Assembly: GCF_003019035.1 (NCBI RefSeq)
Contig: NZ_CP027447.1
DNA from: Escherichia coli
GTDB lineage: Bacteria; Pseudomonadota; Gammaproteobacteria; Enterobacterales; Enterobacteriaceae
DNA length: 64,000 nucleotides
Reading direction: 5' to 3' (one strand)
The notes beneath the pieces are model-generated. The model did no database searches, was not told the DNA's origin, and was given only the letters and a program-made list of their open reading frames with translations. The number at the start of each line of letters is the position of its first letter. The first letter of the stretch is position 1. Below are positions 56,010 to 64,000 of the stretch, piece after piece. The translations under genes were made by a program, and so were the position numbers.

Positions 56010-56921
56010 TTAACGTTGTGCTTCGCCACCTAATCCTTCAATCAGGTTTTGAATTAACGCTGCCAGTTCACCAGTCATCAGGATGAAATCGGCATCAAAA
56101 CGCTGGGCGAAATCTTCACGGTCGATATCTTCGTTTTGATCGCGCAGCTCGTCGCAGAACTTCAGACGCTTGAGCGAACCATCGTCGCACATCACAAACT
56201 GAATGCGTTGCTGCCAGTCGAGCGCCAGTTTAGTCACCACTTTTCCGGCTTCGATGTGGTTGGTGATCTCTTCGCTGGTCAGATCTTGTTTCTTCGCGCG
56301 GATCACGCCACCATCTTCCAGCAGCGATTTCAGCTCGGCTTCATCAAGCAACTGGAAGCCCTGTGCCGCACTACCGGAGCGAACCCATTCGGTCAGCGTC
56401 AGTTCAATCGGGTTTTCCATGCTCAATGGTACAACCGGTAACGACCCCAGGCTTTTACGCAGTAATGCCAGCGTATCTTCCGCTTTTTTGGCACTGGCGC
56501 AGTCCACCATAATCAAACCGTTAACCGTGTCGATCCACATCATTGTCTGGCTAAAACGGCTGAAAGCACGCGGCAGCAGAGAGTGCAGCACTTCGTCTTT
56601 CAGCGAATCTTTTTCGGTTTTCTTCAGCTTACGCGCCTGTTCCGCTTCCAGTTTGGCGATTTTCGCTTCCAGCGCCTGTTTAATCACCGGAGACGGGAGG
56701 ATTTTTTCTTCTTTGCGCGCGCAGATAACAATTTGACCATTGGCAACGTGCGTTAACGCATCGCTGTGCGATCCCATCGGAGGAACCCAGCCCATCTTCG
56801 CCATGTCCTGGCTGCCGCATGGGGTAAATGCCATCGAGGCTAGCTGTTTTTCCATCTCTTCTGCACGCAGCGAAATCTCGCGGCTAAGACGGTAAACCAT
56901 TAAATTTTTGAACCACAGCAT
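56010..56921 (-). CDS. rdgC: recombination-associated nucleoid protein RdgC
   Basis: 303 aa from [16 protein letters not shown]...; start set at internal ATG. Confidence 0.95.
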
Positions 56922-57045
56922 GATAATTTCCACGGCCTTGTCGTTAAATTTAGCGGGCATGATAACGAATTGTCGGCGGGCTTGCATTGCCAATCCGGTT
57001 GTCCGTCTCTACGCTATTGATATTGAAAAAAATAAGGAGAGTACC

Positions 57046-57954
57046 GTGCGTATAGGTATCGATTTAGGCGGCACCAAAACTGAAGTGATTGCACTGGGCG
57101 ATGCAGGGGAGCAGTTGTACCGCCATCGTCTGCCCACGCCGCGTGATGATTACCGGCAGACTATTGAAACGATCGCCACGTTGGTTGATATGGCGGAGCA
57201 GGCGACAGGGCAGCGCGGAACGGTAGGTATGGGCATTCCTGGCTCAATTTCGCCTTACACCGGCGTGGTGAAGAATGCCAATTCAACCTGGCTCAACGGT
57301 CAGCCATTCGATAAAGACTTAAGCGCGAGGTTGCAGCGGGAAGTGCGGCTGGCAAATGACGCCAACTGTCTGGCGGTTTCAGAAGCAGTAGATGGCGCGG
57401 CAGCGGGAGCGCAGACGGTATTTGCCGTGATTATCGGCACGGGATGCGGCGCGGGCGTGGCATTCAATGGGCGGGCGCATATCGGCGGCAATGGCACGGC
57501 AGGCGAGTGGGGGCACAATCCGCTACCGTGGATGGACGAAGACGAACTGCGTTATCGCGAGGAAGTCCCTTGTTATTGCGGTAAACAAGGTTGTATTGAA
57601 ACCTTTATTTCGGGCACGGGATTCGCGACGGATTATCGTCGTTTGAGCGGACATGCGCTGAAAGGCAGTGAAATTATCCGCCTGGTTGAAGAAAGCGATC
57701 CGGTAGCGGAACTGGCATTGCGTCGCTACGAGCTGCGGCTGGCAAAATCGCTGGCACATGTCGTGAATATTCTCGATCCGGATGTGATTGTCCTGGGGGG
57801 CGGGATGAGCAATGTCGACCGTTTATATCAAACGGTTCCGCAGTTGATTAAACAATTTGTCTTCGGCGGCGAATGTGAAACGCCTGTGCGTAAGGCGAAG
57901 CACGGTGATTCCAGCGGCGTACGCGGCGCTGCGTGGTTATGGCCACAAGAGTAA
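57046..57954 (+). CDS. mak: fructokinase/manno(fructo)kinase (ROK family), GTG start
   Basis: 302 aa from [14 protein letters not shown]; SD ggaga upstream of GTG. Confidence 0.93.
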   Translation: MRIGIDLGGTKTEVIALGDAGEQLYRHRLPTPRDDYRQTIETIATLVDMAEQATGQRGTVGMGIPGSISPYTGVVKNANSTWLNGQPFDKDLSARLQREVRLANDANCLAVSEAVDGAAAGAQTVFAVIIGTGCGAGVAFNGRAHIGGNGTAGEWGHNPLPWMDEDELRYREEVPCYCGKQGCIETFISGTGFATDYRRLSGHALKGSEIIRLVEESDPVAELALRRYELRLAKSLAHVVNILDPDVIVLGGGMSNVDRLYQTVPQLIKQFVFGGECETPVRKAKHGDSSGVRGAAWLWPQE

Positions 57955-57977
57955 AAAACGTAGGCAATTGGCGCATC

Positions 57978-58065
57978 ATGCCTGATGCGACGCTTGCCGC
58001 GTCTTATCAGGCCTGCAAAATGTGCCGGAACCGCAGGCCGATAACGCGTTCATGTCGCATCCGGC
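57978..58065. repeat. BIME: two REP units between mak and araJ
   Basis: atgcctgatgcgacgcttgccgcgtcttatcaggcctgc and gccgataacgcgttcatgtcgcatccggc. Confidence 0.8.
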
Positions 58066-58093
58066 AATAAGCAACGCGCAACGTGACTGCAAT

Positions 58094-59278
58094 CTACCCC
58101 AGTGGTTTCGCCAGCACCGGACTATCCGCCGCTTGCTGGCGCTTATAGCGACCATACAGCAGCAACGACGACATCGCAGCAAACGAAAGCAGGGCGGCAG
58201 GCAGCGCCACGTAATTATATGCCAGCCCCAGCGTCAGCATCATACCACCGCAATATGCGCCGACGGCGCTACCGAGGTTAAACGCTATTTGCCCACCTGC
58301 GGCACCTAATAACTCTCCGCCTTTGGCGTTTTGCAGTAACAATATTTGCAGAGGTGCTGAAAGGGCAAATAATCCCGCGCAACAAATAAAAGCAAAAATA
58401 AGCGACGTTATTTTCATGCCGCCGAAGAAAAAGAGCATCAACAGTGCCAGTACAATGATAAAGTCAGTCACTGCTGCAATGCGCAGTGGTGAATAACGTC
58501 CTGAAATCCGGCCACTTAGCACATTCCCCAGCACCATCCCTAGCCCCACTAACATCATAATAAAGGTCATCGCCGTTTCCGAAAAACCGGAAATAAACAT
58601 CATGTATGGCTTTACGTAGCTGAACCAGGCAAACACACCTGCGTTGCCAAACATCGTAGCGGCGAAAATTAACCACGGGGCAGGGCTGCGTAAAAAGTGA
58701 AATTGTTCGCGTAGTTTTCCTTTCGCCTCGTCGCGAATATCCGGCACCCAAAAATAGACCGATGCCATCACCGCAATATTAAAAACAGCGATCAACAAAA
58801 AGGTGTAGCGCCAGCTAAATTCCTGACTTAAATACGTTCCCAGTGGAATGCCCAGCAAATTGGCGACTGTCATCCCGGAAACCATCCCTGCCACGGCGGC
58901 GGTGACTTTGCCGGGTTTGATAATTTTTGATAACACGATCGCTCCGACGCCAAAAAATGCGCCATGCGGAAAGCCGGATACCAGCCGACCAATGGCGAGC
59001 ATCAGGTAAGACGAAGAGAGCGTGAACATGGCGTTGCCAATGACGCACAACGCCACCAGAAACAATAAGATATGTTTGAGTGAGTAGCGACTGGAAAAAA
59101 GCGCGATGATTGGCGCACCGACCACCACCCCCAGCGCATAATACGAGATCATATGCCCGGCGGCAGGAATCGAAATTCCTACGTTATGCGCCAGCTCCGT
59201 GAGCACGCCCATAATGCCAAATTCGGCCATCCCCAAACCAAACGTACCCAGAGCCAAAGATAAAATGACTTTTTTCAT
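58094..59278 (-). CDS. araJ: MFS transporter AraJ
   Basis: 394 aa from MKKVILSLALGTFGLGMAEFG; start set at internal ATG. Confidence 0.93.
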   Translation of the reverse strand: MKKVILSLALGTFGLGMAEFGIMGVLTELAHNVGISIPAAGHMISYYALGVVVGAPIIALFSSRYSLKHILLFLVALCVIGNAMFTLSSSYLMLAIGRLVSGFPHGAFFGVGAIVLSKIIKPGKVTAAVAGMVSGMTVANLLGIPLGTYLSQEFSWRYTFLLIAVFNIAVMASVYFWVPDIRDEAKGKLREQFHFLRSPAPWLIFAATMFGNAGVFAWFSYVKPYMMFISGFSETAMTFIMMLVGLGMVLGNVLSGRISGRYSPLRIAAVTDFIIVLALLMLFFFGGMKITSLIFAFICCAGLFALSAPLQILLLQNAKGGELLGAAGGQIAFNLGSAVGAYCGGMMLTLGLAYNYVALPAALLSFAAMSSLLLYGRYKRQQAADSPVLAKPLG

Positions 59279-59403
59279 ACCACCATCACAACCACCAGAA
59301 CGGCTACTAATCACCGTAGCCAATAAAGTGATAGCTTGCAGGATAACGACCAGCGAGGCCAAGAGATAATTCGCCCCTCTGTATTCATTATCCTGCTGAA
59401 TAG

Positions 59404-62400
59404 TTATTTCACTGCAAACGCACTTTCCAGTTTGCTGTAGCCCAGTCCATTGATCTTTTTCACTTTGATCTGCACCGGAATACGCTCTTTCATCGCTTCA
59501 ACGTGGCTAATCACACCGATGGTTTTGCCACTGGCATTCAGGGCATCCAGCGCATCAAGGGCGGTATCCAGCGTTTCGCTATCCAGCGTGCCAAAACCTT
59601 CATCAAGGAACAGCGAGTCAATACGCGTTTTATGGCTGACCAGATCCGAAAGCGCCAGCGCCAGCGCCAGACTGACGAGGAAACTTTCGCCGCCGGAAAG
59701 GGTACGGGTATCGCGTACCGCATCTGCCTGCCAGGTATCAACAACCTCGACTTCCAGCGCCTCGCTGGCTTTGCGCTGTAACAGATAGCGCCCGTGCAGC
59801 CGGGTAAGTTGCTGATTAGCGAGATGGACTAAATTATCCAGCGTCAGCCCCTGGGCAAACTTGCGGAATTTATCGCCCTCTTTGGAACCTATTAGCGAAT
59901 TCAGATATCCCCAGTCCTCAACCTGCTGCGTCATTTGAGCAATTTGCTGCATTAAGGTTTGTTGTTGCTGACGGTTGTCTGCATCCTGCTTCAGCTGCTG
60001 GCGAATCTCGCCCTGACTGGTGGTATTTTCACGCAACTTTTGCTGAGTTTGCGCTAACTCTTGCTGAATCTGCTCCACCGTCACACTGAGATCCAGGCCG
60101 TCAGGTCGGTGTTGCTGATGCTGTGCCAGCGCTTCTGCTGTCTGAGTGACCAGCGTTTGCGCCTGACGGCGCTGGTTTTCCAGATTCTGCTTGAGCTGTT
60201 CCAGTTGCGTTAGTGTTTGTTCATCCATTAGCGCCGCAAGGAACGCCTGCTGATCGTCAAAGACGCTGGCCTGTAGCGCGGTGTCAAACTGCGCCTGGGC
60301 TTTTTGCAGACTTTGCGCCGCCAGAATGTCCTGTTGCTGTAACGTCTGCTGCTGGCTGTGTAATGCGAGACATTGTTCATGAACCTGCCGCCAGTTTTCC
60401 AGCACCACAGTTTCTTCGCTGTGCGGGAGTTCATCACTTTGCGGCAACGTTTCCAGAATCGGCGTCAGTTGCTGAATACGGTTTTGCAGCGCGGTTAATT
60501 CGTTCTGGCGTTGCTGCCAGCGCTGCGCTTCTTGCTGACGCGCCGCCAGCCAGCTCTCTTCTTCATCTTCCTGTGGCAATGTCAGTGCATAACCCGCCAA
60601 TGCCGTTAAGAGCTGCTGCTGGCGTTGTTCAATTTGCTGTTGATACTGGATAATTTGCTGATTATGCGCGGCAATCTGCCCTTGTAATTCATGCCGTTGG
60701 CTGAGTAACCGCAGCTGGCGTTCGTGCTCATCTTGTGCATCCAGCCACGGTTGAATATCGTCCTGTGGCTGCAAGGTGATATTGAGGCTGGCCATGACGG
60801 CTTGCCATTGTTGAGTAAGTGCTTGCTCATCTTGTCGGAGGCTTTGCGCTTCGTTTTCATCACGCTGAAGTTGCTTTGTTAAGGCGTCCAGTTGCCCACG
60901 TAGCGTCGCACCTTCTTCACCGAGCTTTTTAACTTCGTTTTCCAGCGCCAGTAATCGAGACTGATTAACGCCAGGCTCCAGCGCCTGATACGCCTCGACC
61001 GCCGGGTGGCTGGTGGAACCACAAAGTGGACAAGGCTGACCCGCCTGTAACTGCGCGCGCTGGGCTTCCAGCGTTTTGATGCGTGCTTCCTGCTCGCAAA
61101 TGGTTTTGACATCGGCAAGTTGCTGCATCTTTTCTTTATAACGCTGGCGCATTTCGTTAAGTGCGGCGTTACGTTGCGTCTGTTCCAGAGTGACATTCTG
61201 GATAGCGACCTGTAACTGCGCCAGACGTTTTTGTTGGGGAACAATCTGTCCATGCAGCGCGACCAGGCGCTGACGCAGTGGGCGTTGCTCGGCATGTTGC
61301 GCCAGGGCGCTAGCAACTTCATCGGCGGTTAACGTCAACGTAATCGCCGCAAGCGCATTAAGTTTTTGCTCTGCATGGGTTAACTGTTGCTGCCATTGCC
61401 GCAGATGCTCGCGATCGCTGGTTTGTTGGGAGAACTGCGCACGCCAACCCGCCAGTTCGTTGTTCCACTGACGGAAGCGGTCGTGTTCCTGTAGCCAGGC
61501 ATTCAGACTTTGTTGCTGCTGCTGTAATTCTGCTGACTGCTTCGCCGCGTGGTGGCGAATGCTCGCGCGAAGCGCCATTGTGCTCTGTAAGCGAGTATTT
61601 ACTTCTTCAATCTGCTGGCGAGTATGCGCCAGCGCCGCGCTGTGTTCTGCGATGCGTTCCCAGTGCGGACGAAGATTTCGTGCCGGTTGTGCCAGACTGA
61701 GCGCCGCAAGTTGAGGTTGCGCTTTTTCTTCTTCGGCTAACGCCTGTTGCAATGCCTGTTGACGGCGGCTGGCTTCTTGCTGCAATTCGTCCAGACGCGT
61801 TAACCAGTTTAGTGATTGTTGTTCTTGCTGCTGCGCGGTAAGTAACTGTTTTTCTTCGTCAGTAAGTGCCTGCAAACTCGCTGTCAGCGATTGCACTTGT
61901 TCTGGCGTGAGCAACGCGACGCCGCTGGCCTGCGCTTGCAGCTTCTCCAGCTCTGTGCGGGCCGATTTGTGCTGCTCAAAAACCATCGACGAGATTTGCC
62001 CGTAGATTTCAGTGCCAGTTAACTCCTCGAGCAATTCCGCGCGTTCTTTGGGTTTGGCATTCAGGAAGGCAGCAAATTGCCCCTGCGAAAGCAGCATCGA
62101 ACGGGTGAAGCGCCCGTAATCCAGTCCGGTTAACGTCGCCGTCAGTTCCAGCTTATCTTTCACTTTGTCGGCGAGAATTTTGCCGTCTGCGCAGCGCGCC
62201 AGCTCTACGCGTGGCACCTGCAAATTACCGTCCGGCTGGTTACGCGCCCGATTCTGGCTCCAGAACGCGCGATACGCTTCACCTTTGACTTCAAACTCCA
62301 CTTCCGCCAGACATTCGGCGGTATCGCGAGTCATGAGATCATTTTGCGATTGTGAAACGTTAGAGAGGCGCGGGGTTTCGTGATACAGCGCCAGACAAAT

Positions 62401-62547
62401 GGCGTCCAGCAGGGTGGTTTTCCCCGCACCGGTTGGGCCGGTAATAGCAAACAGCCCGTTGCTGGCGAACGGCTCGCGGGTGAAATCAATCTTCCATTCG
62501 CCTTTTAATGAGTTCAGGTTTTTCAGGCGCAGGCTGAGAATTTTCAT
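59404..62547 (-). CDS. sbcC: SbcCD nuclease ATPase subunit (SMC-like)
   Basis: 1047-aa ORF with Walker [10 protein letters not shown], long Gln-rich coiled coil, zinc-hook CPLCG, C-terminal signature/Walker B. Confidence 0.97.
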   Translation of the reverse strand: MKILSLRLKNLNSLKGEWKIDFTREPFASNGLFAITGPTGAGKTTLLDAICLALYHETPRLSNVSQSQNDLMTRDTAECLAEVEFEVKGEAYRAFWSQNRARNQPDGNLQVPRVELARCADGKILADKVKDKLELTATLTGLDYGRFTRSMLLSQGQFAAFLNAKPKERAELLEELTGTEIYGQISSMVFEQHKSARTELEKLQAQASGVALLTPEQVQSLTASLQALTDEEKQLLTAQQQEQQSLNWLTRLDELQQEASRRQQALQQALAEEEKAQPQLAALSLAQPARNLRPHWERIAEHSAALAHTRQQIEEVNTRLQSTMALRASIRHHAAKQSAELQQQQQSLNAWLQEHDRFRQWNNELAGWRAQFSQQTSDREHLRQWQQQLTHAEQKLNALAAITLTLTADEVASALAQHAEQRPLRQRLVALHGQIVPQQKRLAQLQVAIQNVTLEQTQRNAALNEMRQRYKEKMQQLADVKTICEQEARIKTLEAQRAQLQAGQPCPLCGSTSHPAVEAYQALEPGVNQSRLLALENEVKKLGEEGATLRGQLDALTKQLQRDENEAQSLRQDEQALTQQWQAVMASLNITLQPQDDIQPWLDAQDEHERQLRLLSQRHELQGQIAAHNQQIIQYQQQIEQRQQQLLTALAGYALTLPQEDEEESWLAARQQEAQRWQQRQNELTALQNRIQQLTPILETLPQSDELPHSEETVVLENWRQVHEQCLALHSQQQTLQQQDILAAQSLQKAQAQFDTALQASVFDDQQAFLAALMDEQTLTQLEQLKQNLENQRRQAQTLVTQTAEALAQHQQHRPDGLDLSVTVEQIQQELAQTQQKLRENTTSQGEIRQQLKQDADNRQQQQTLMQQIAQMTQQVEDWGYLNSLIGSKEGDKFRKFAQGLTLDNLVHLANQQLTRLHGRYLLQRKASEALEVEVVDTWQADAVRDTRTLSGGESFLVSLALALALSDLVSHKTRIDSLFLDEGFGTLDSETLDTALDALDALNASGKTIGVISHVEAMKERIPVQIKVKKINGLGYSKLESAFAVK

Positions 62548-63746
62548 GCTTCGTGTTCTCCGGCGAGGCTATGCAATGTCGTGGCGAAAAGATGCTGCAG
62601 ACGTTGCTGCTGCGATTCATCCAGTTCTTCCAGTGCCAGACGGCGATTGAACACCTCTTCGACGCTGAGTTCGCTGAGGGTTTCACGCTGTTGACTGGCT
62701 AACACACGCTCGCGCTGTTCACGACTCCGGCGTACCAGCAATACTTCGACAGGCAATGATTCGGTTAATGCCTGGATTTTGCGCTGAATATCATGCAGAT
62801 ACTCATCAGTAGTGATTTCGATATCCAGCCAGACAGGCGGCTCCAGTGATACATCGCGCCACTGTTCCAGCTGTGCGGTAATCGACGCCAGATCGCCTTT
62901 CAGCACCTCCATGGGTTGCGTTACCGGTACGTTCAGGTTTTCCACGCTCTCTAATTTGCCGTTTGAAAATGTCACCAGATGGACATATTTACTCTTACCG
63001 CATTCATCAAAACTCAGTGGTATGGGGGAACCGCAATAGCGAACATGTTCCATGCCGCCAATAATCTGCGCGCGGTGAATATGCCCGAGCGCGATGTAGT
63101 CGGCTGGTGGAAAGTTTTGTGCCGGAAACGCGTCCAGCGTGCCAATATAAATGTCACGCACGGCGTCACTTTTACTGGCACCCACGGTCGTTAAATGTCC
63201 CGTGGCGATGATGGGCAGAGGCTGATCGCCGCGCAGTTTGCAGGCATCGGCATAATGTTGTTGATAATAATCAGTAATAGCCGCCAGCAAATGCTGCTGT
63301 TTTTCAATACCGTTAAGCCCCGCCTGGCTGGTAATAATGTCACGCGGGCGTAAAAAAGGTATGGGACACAGCACTGCGCCTGGCGTCCCGTCGCGACGAG
63401 GCAAGATTTGCGGCGCATGTCCGGCGCTGGCGACCACGGTAGTATTGAGGAACGCCATGATATCGCGCGATTCATTCAGCGTGGCGACCGAGTCATGGTT
63501 TCCTGCCAGTACCACCAGATGACAGCCAGTTTGCTGTAAATTGACAACAAAACGGTTGTATAACGTGCGGGCGTAACTGGGCGGCGAGCCGGTATCGAAA
63601 ACATCACCGGCAACAATAATCGCATCCACCTGATGGGCTTGTGCTGTCTCCAGCAGCCAGTCAAGAAAAGCCTGATGTTCGGCTTCGCGGCTCTTACTGT
63701 AGAAGTTCTGGCCGAGATGCCAGTCTGAGGTGTGAAGGATGCGCAT
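62544..63746 (-). CDS. sbcD: SbcCD nuclease subunit (Mre11-like phosphoesterase)
   Basis: 400 aa from [12 protein letters not shown]; 4-bp overlap with sbcC. Confidence 0.96.
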   Translation of the reverse strand: MRILHTSDWHLGQNFYSKSREAEHQAFLDWLLETAQAHQVDAIIVAGDVFDTGSPPSYARTLYNRFVVNLQQTGCHLVVLAGNHDSVATLNESRDIMAFLNTTVVASAGHAPQILPRRDGTPGAVLCPIPFLRPRDIITSQAGLNGIEKQQHLLAAITDYYQQHYADACKLRGDQPLPIIATGHLTTVGASKSDAVRDIYIGTLDAFPAQNFPPADYIALGHIHRAQIIGGMEHVRYCGSPIPLSFDECGKSKYVHLVTFSNGKLESVENLNVPVTQPMEVLKGDLASITAQLEQWRDVSLEPPVWLDIEITTDEYLHDIQRKIQALTESLPVEVLLVRRSREQRERVLASQQRETLSELSVEEVFNRRLALEELDESQQQRLQHLFATTLHSLAGEHEA

Positions 63747-63854
63747 AACGGTTCCCTGGCGAAAAAGCATGGGCGCGATTATACCCAAACAGATGTGCCA
63801 TTTGCTTTTTTCTGCGCCACGGAAATCAATAACCTGAAGATATGTGCGACGAGC

Positions 63855-63896
63855 TTTTCATAAATCTGTCATAAATCTGACGCATAATGACGTCGC
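63855..63896 (+). promoter_or_regulatory. Pho boxes of the phoB promoter (ttttcataaatctgtcataaatctgacgcataatgacgtcgc)
   Basis: Tandem CTGTCAT/TTTTCAT-type 7-bp repeats at 11-bp spacing upstream of phoB. Confidence 0.85.
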
Positions 63897-63935
63897 ATTA
63901 ATGATCGCAACCTATTTATTACAACAGGGCAAATC

Positions 63936-64000
63936 ATGGCGAGACGTATTCTGGTCGTAGAAGATGAAGCACCAATTCGCGAAATGGTCTGCTTCGTGCT
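63936..64000 (+). CDS. phoB: phosphate regulon response regulator, N-terminal part (3' end outside window)
   Basis: ORF begins MARRILVVEDEAPIREMVCFV and runs off the window end. Confidence 0.9.
   Translation, partial: MARRILVVEDEAPIREMVCFV

Overview
This window is a gene-dense, syntenic stretch of Escherichia coli core chromosome, and I found no clearly novel system in it; the best candidate for under-described biology is the yaiS-yaiP-yaiX-yaiO cluster. Gene order is prpB (3' part), prpCDE, codBA, cynR/cynTSX, lacAYZ/lacI, mhpR/mhpABCDFE-mhpT, yaiL, frmRAB, yaiO-yaiX-yaiP-yaiS, tauABCD, hemB, yaiT, yaiV, ampH, sbmA-yaiW, yaiY, yaiZ, ddlA, iraP, phoA-psiF, dgcC (adrA/yaiC), proC, yaiI, aroL-yaiA-aroM, ppnP, a ykiA-like ORF, rdgC, mak, araJ, sbcCD and the 5' end of phoB. 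Identifications rest on reading the supplied ORF translations against protein families I recognise and on textbook regulatory motifs (lac operators, Pho boxes, TyrR boxes, REP palindromes); no database search was run. Start codons were moved to internal ATG/GTG where the track ORF was visibly N-terminally over-extended. I saw no transposase, integrase, phage gene, CRISPR array, tRNA or rRNA. From memory, K-12 carries IS insertions in yaiX and yaiT; both genes are uninterrupted here, and lacZ and the lac control region differ at a few positions from the canonical K-12 sequence, so this is probably a non-K-12 lineage. Other points worth a second look are a 59-bp diverged direct repeat exactly 6200 bp apart flanking codBA-cynRTSX, the intact yaiT autotransporter with Asp/Gly-rich motifs, and a ykiA-like ORF with no ATG start.
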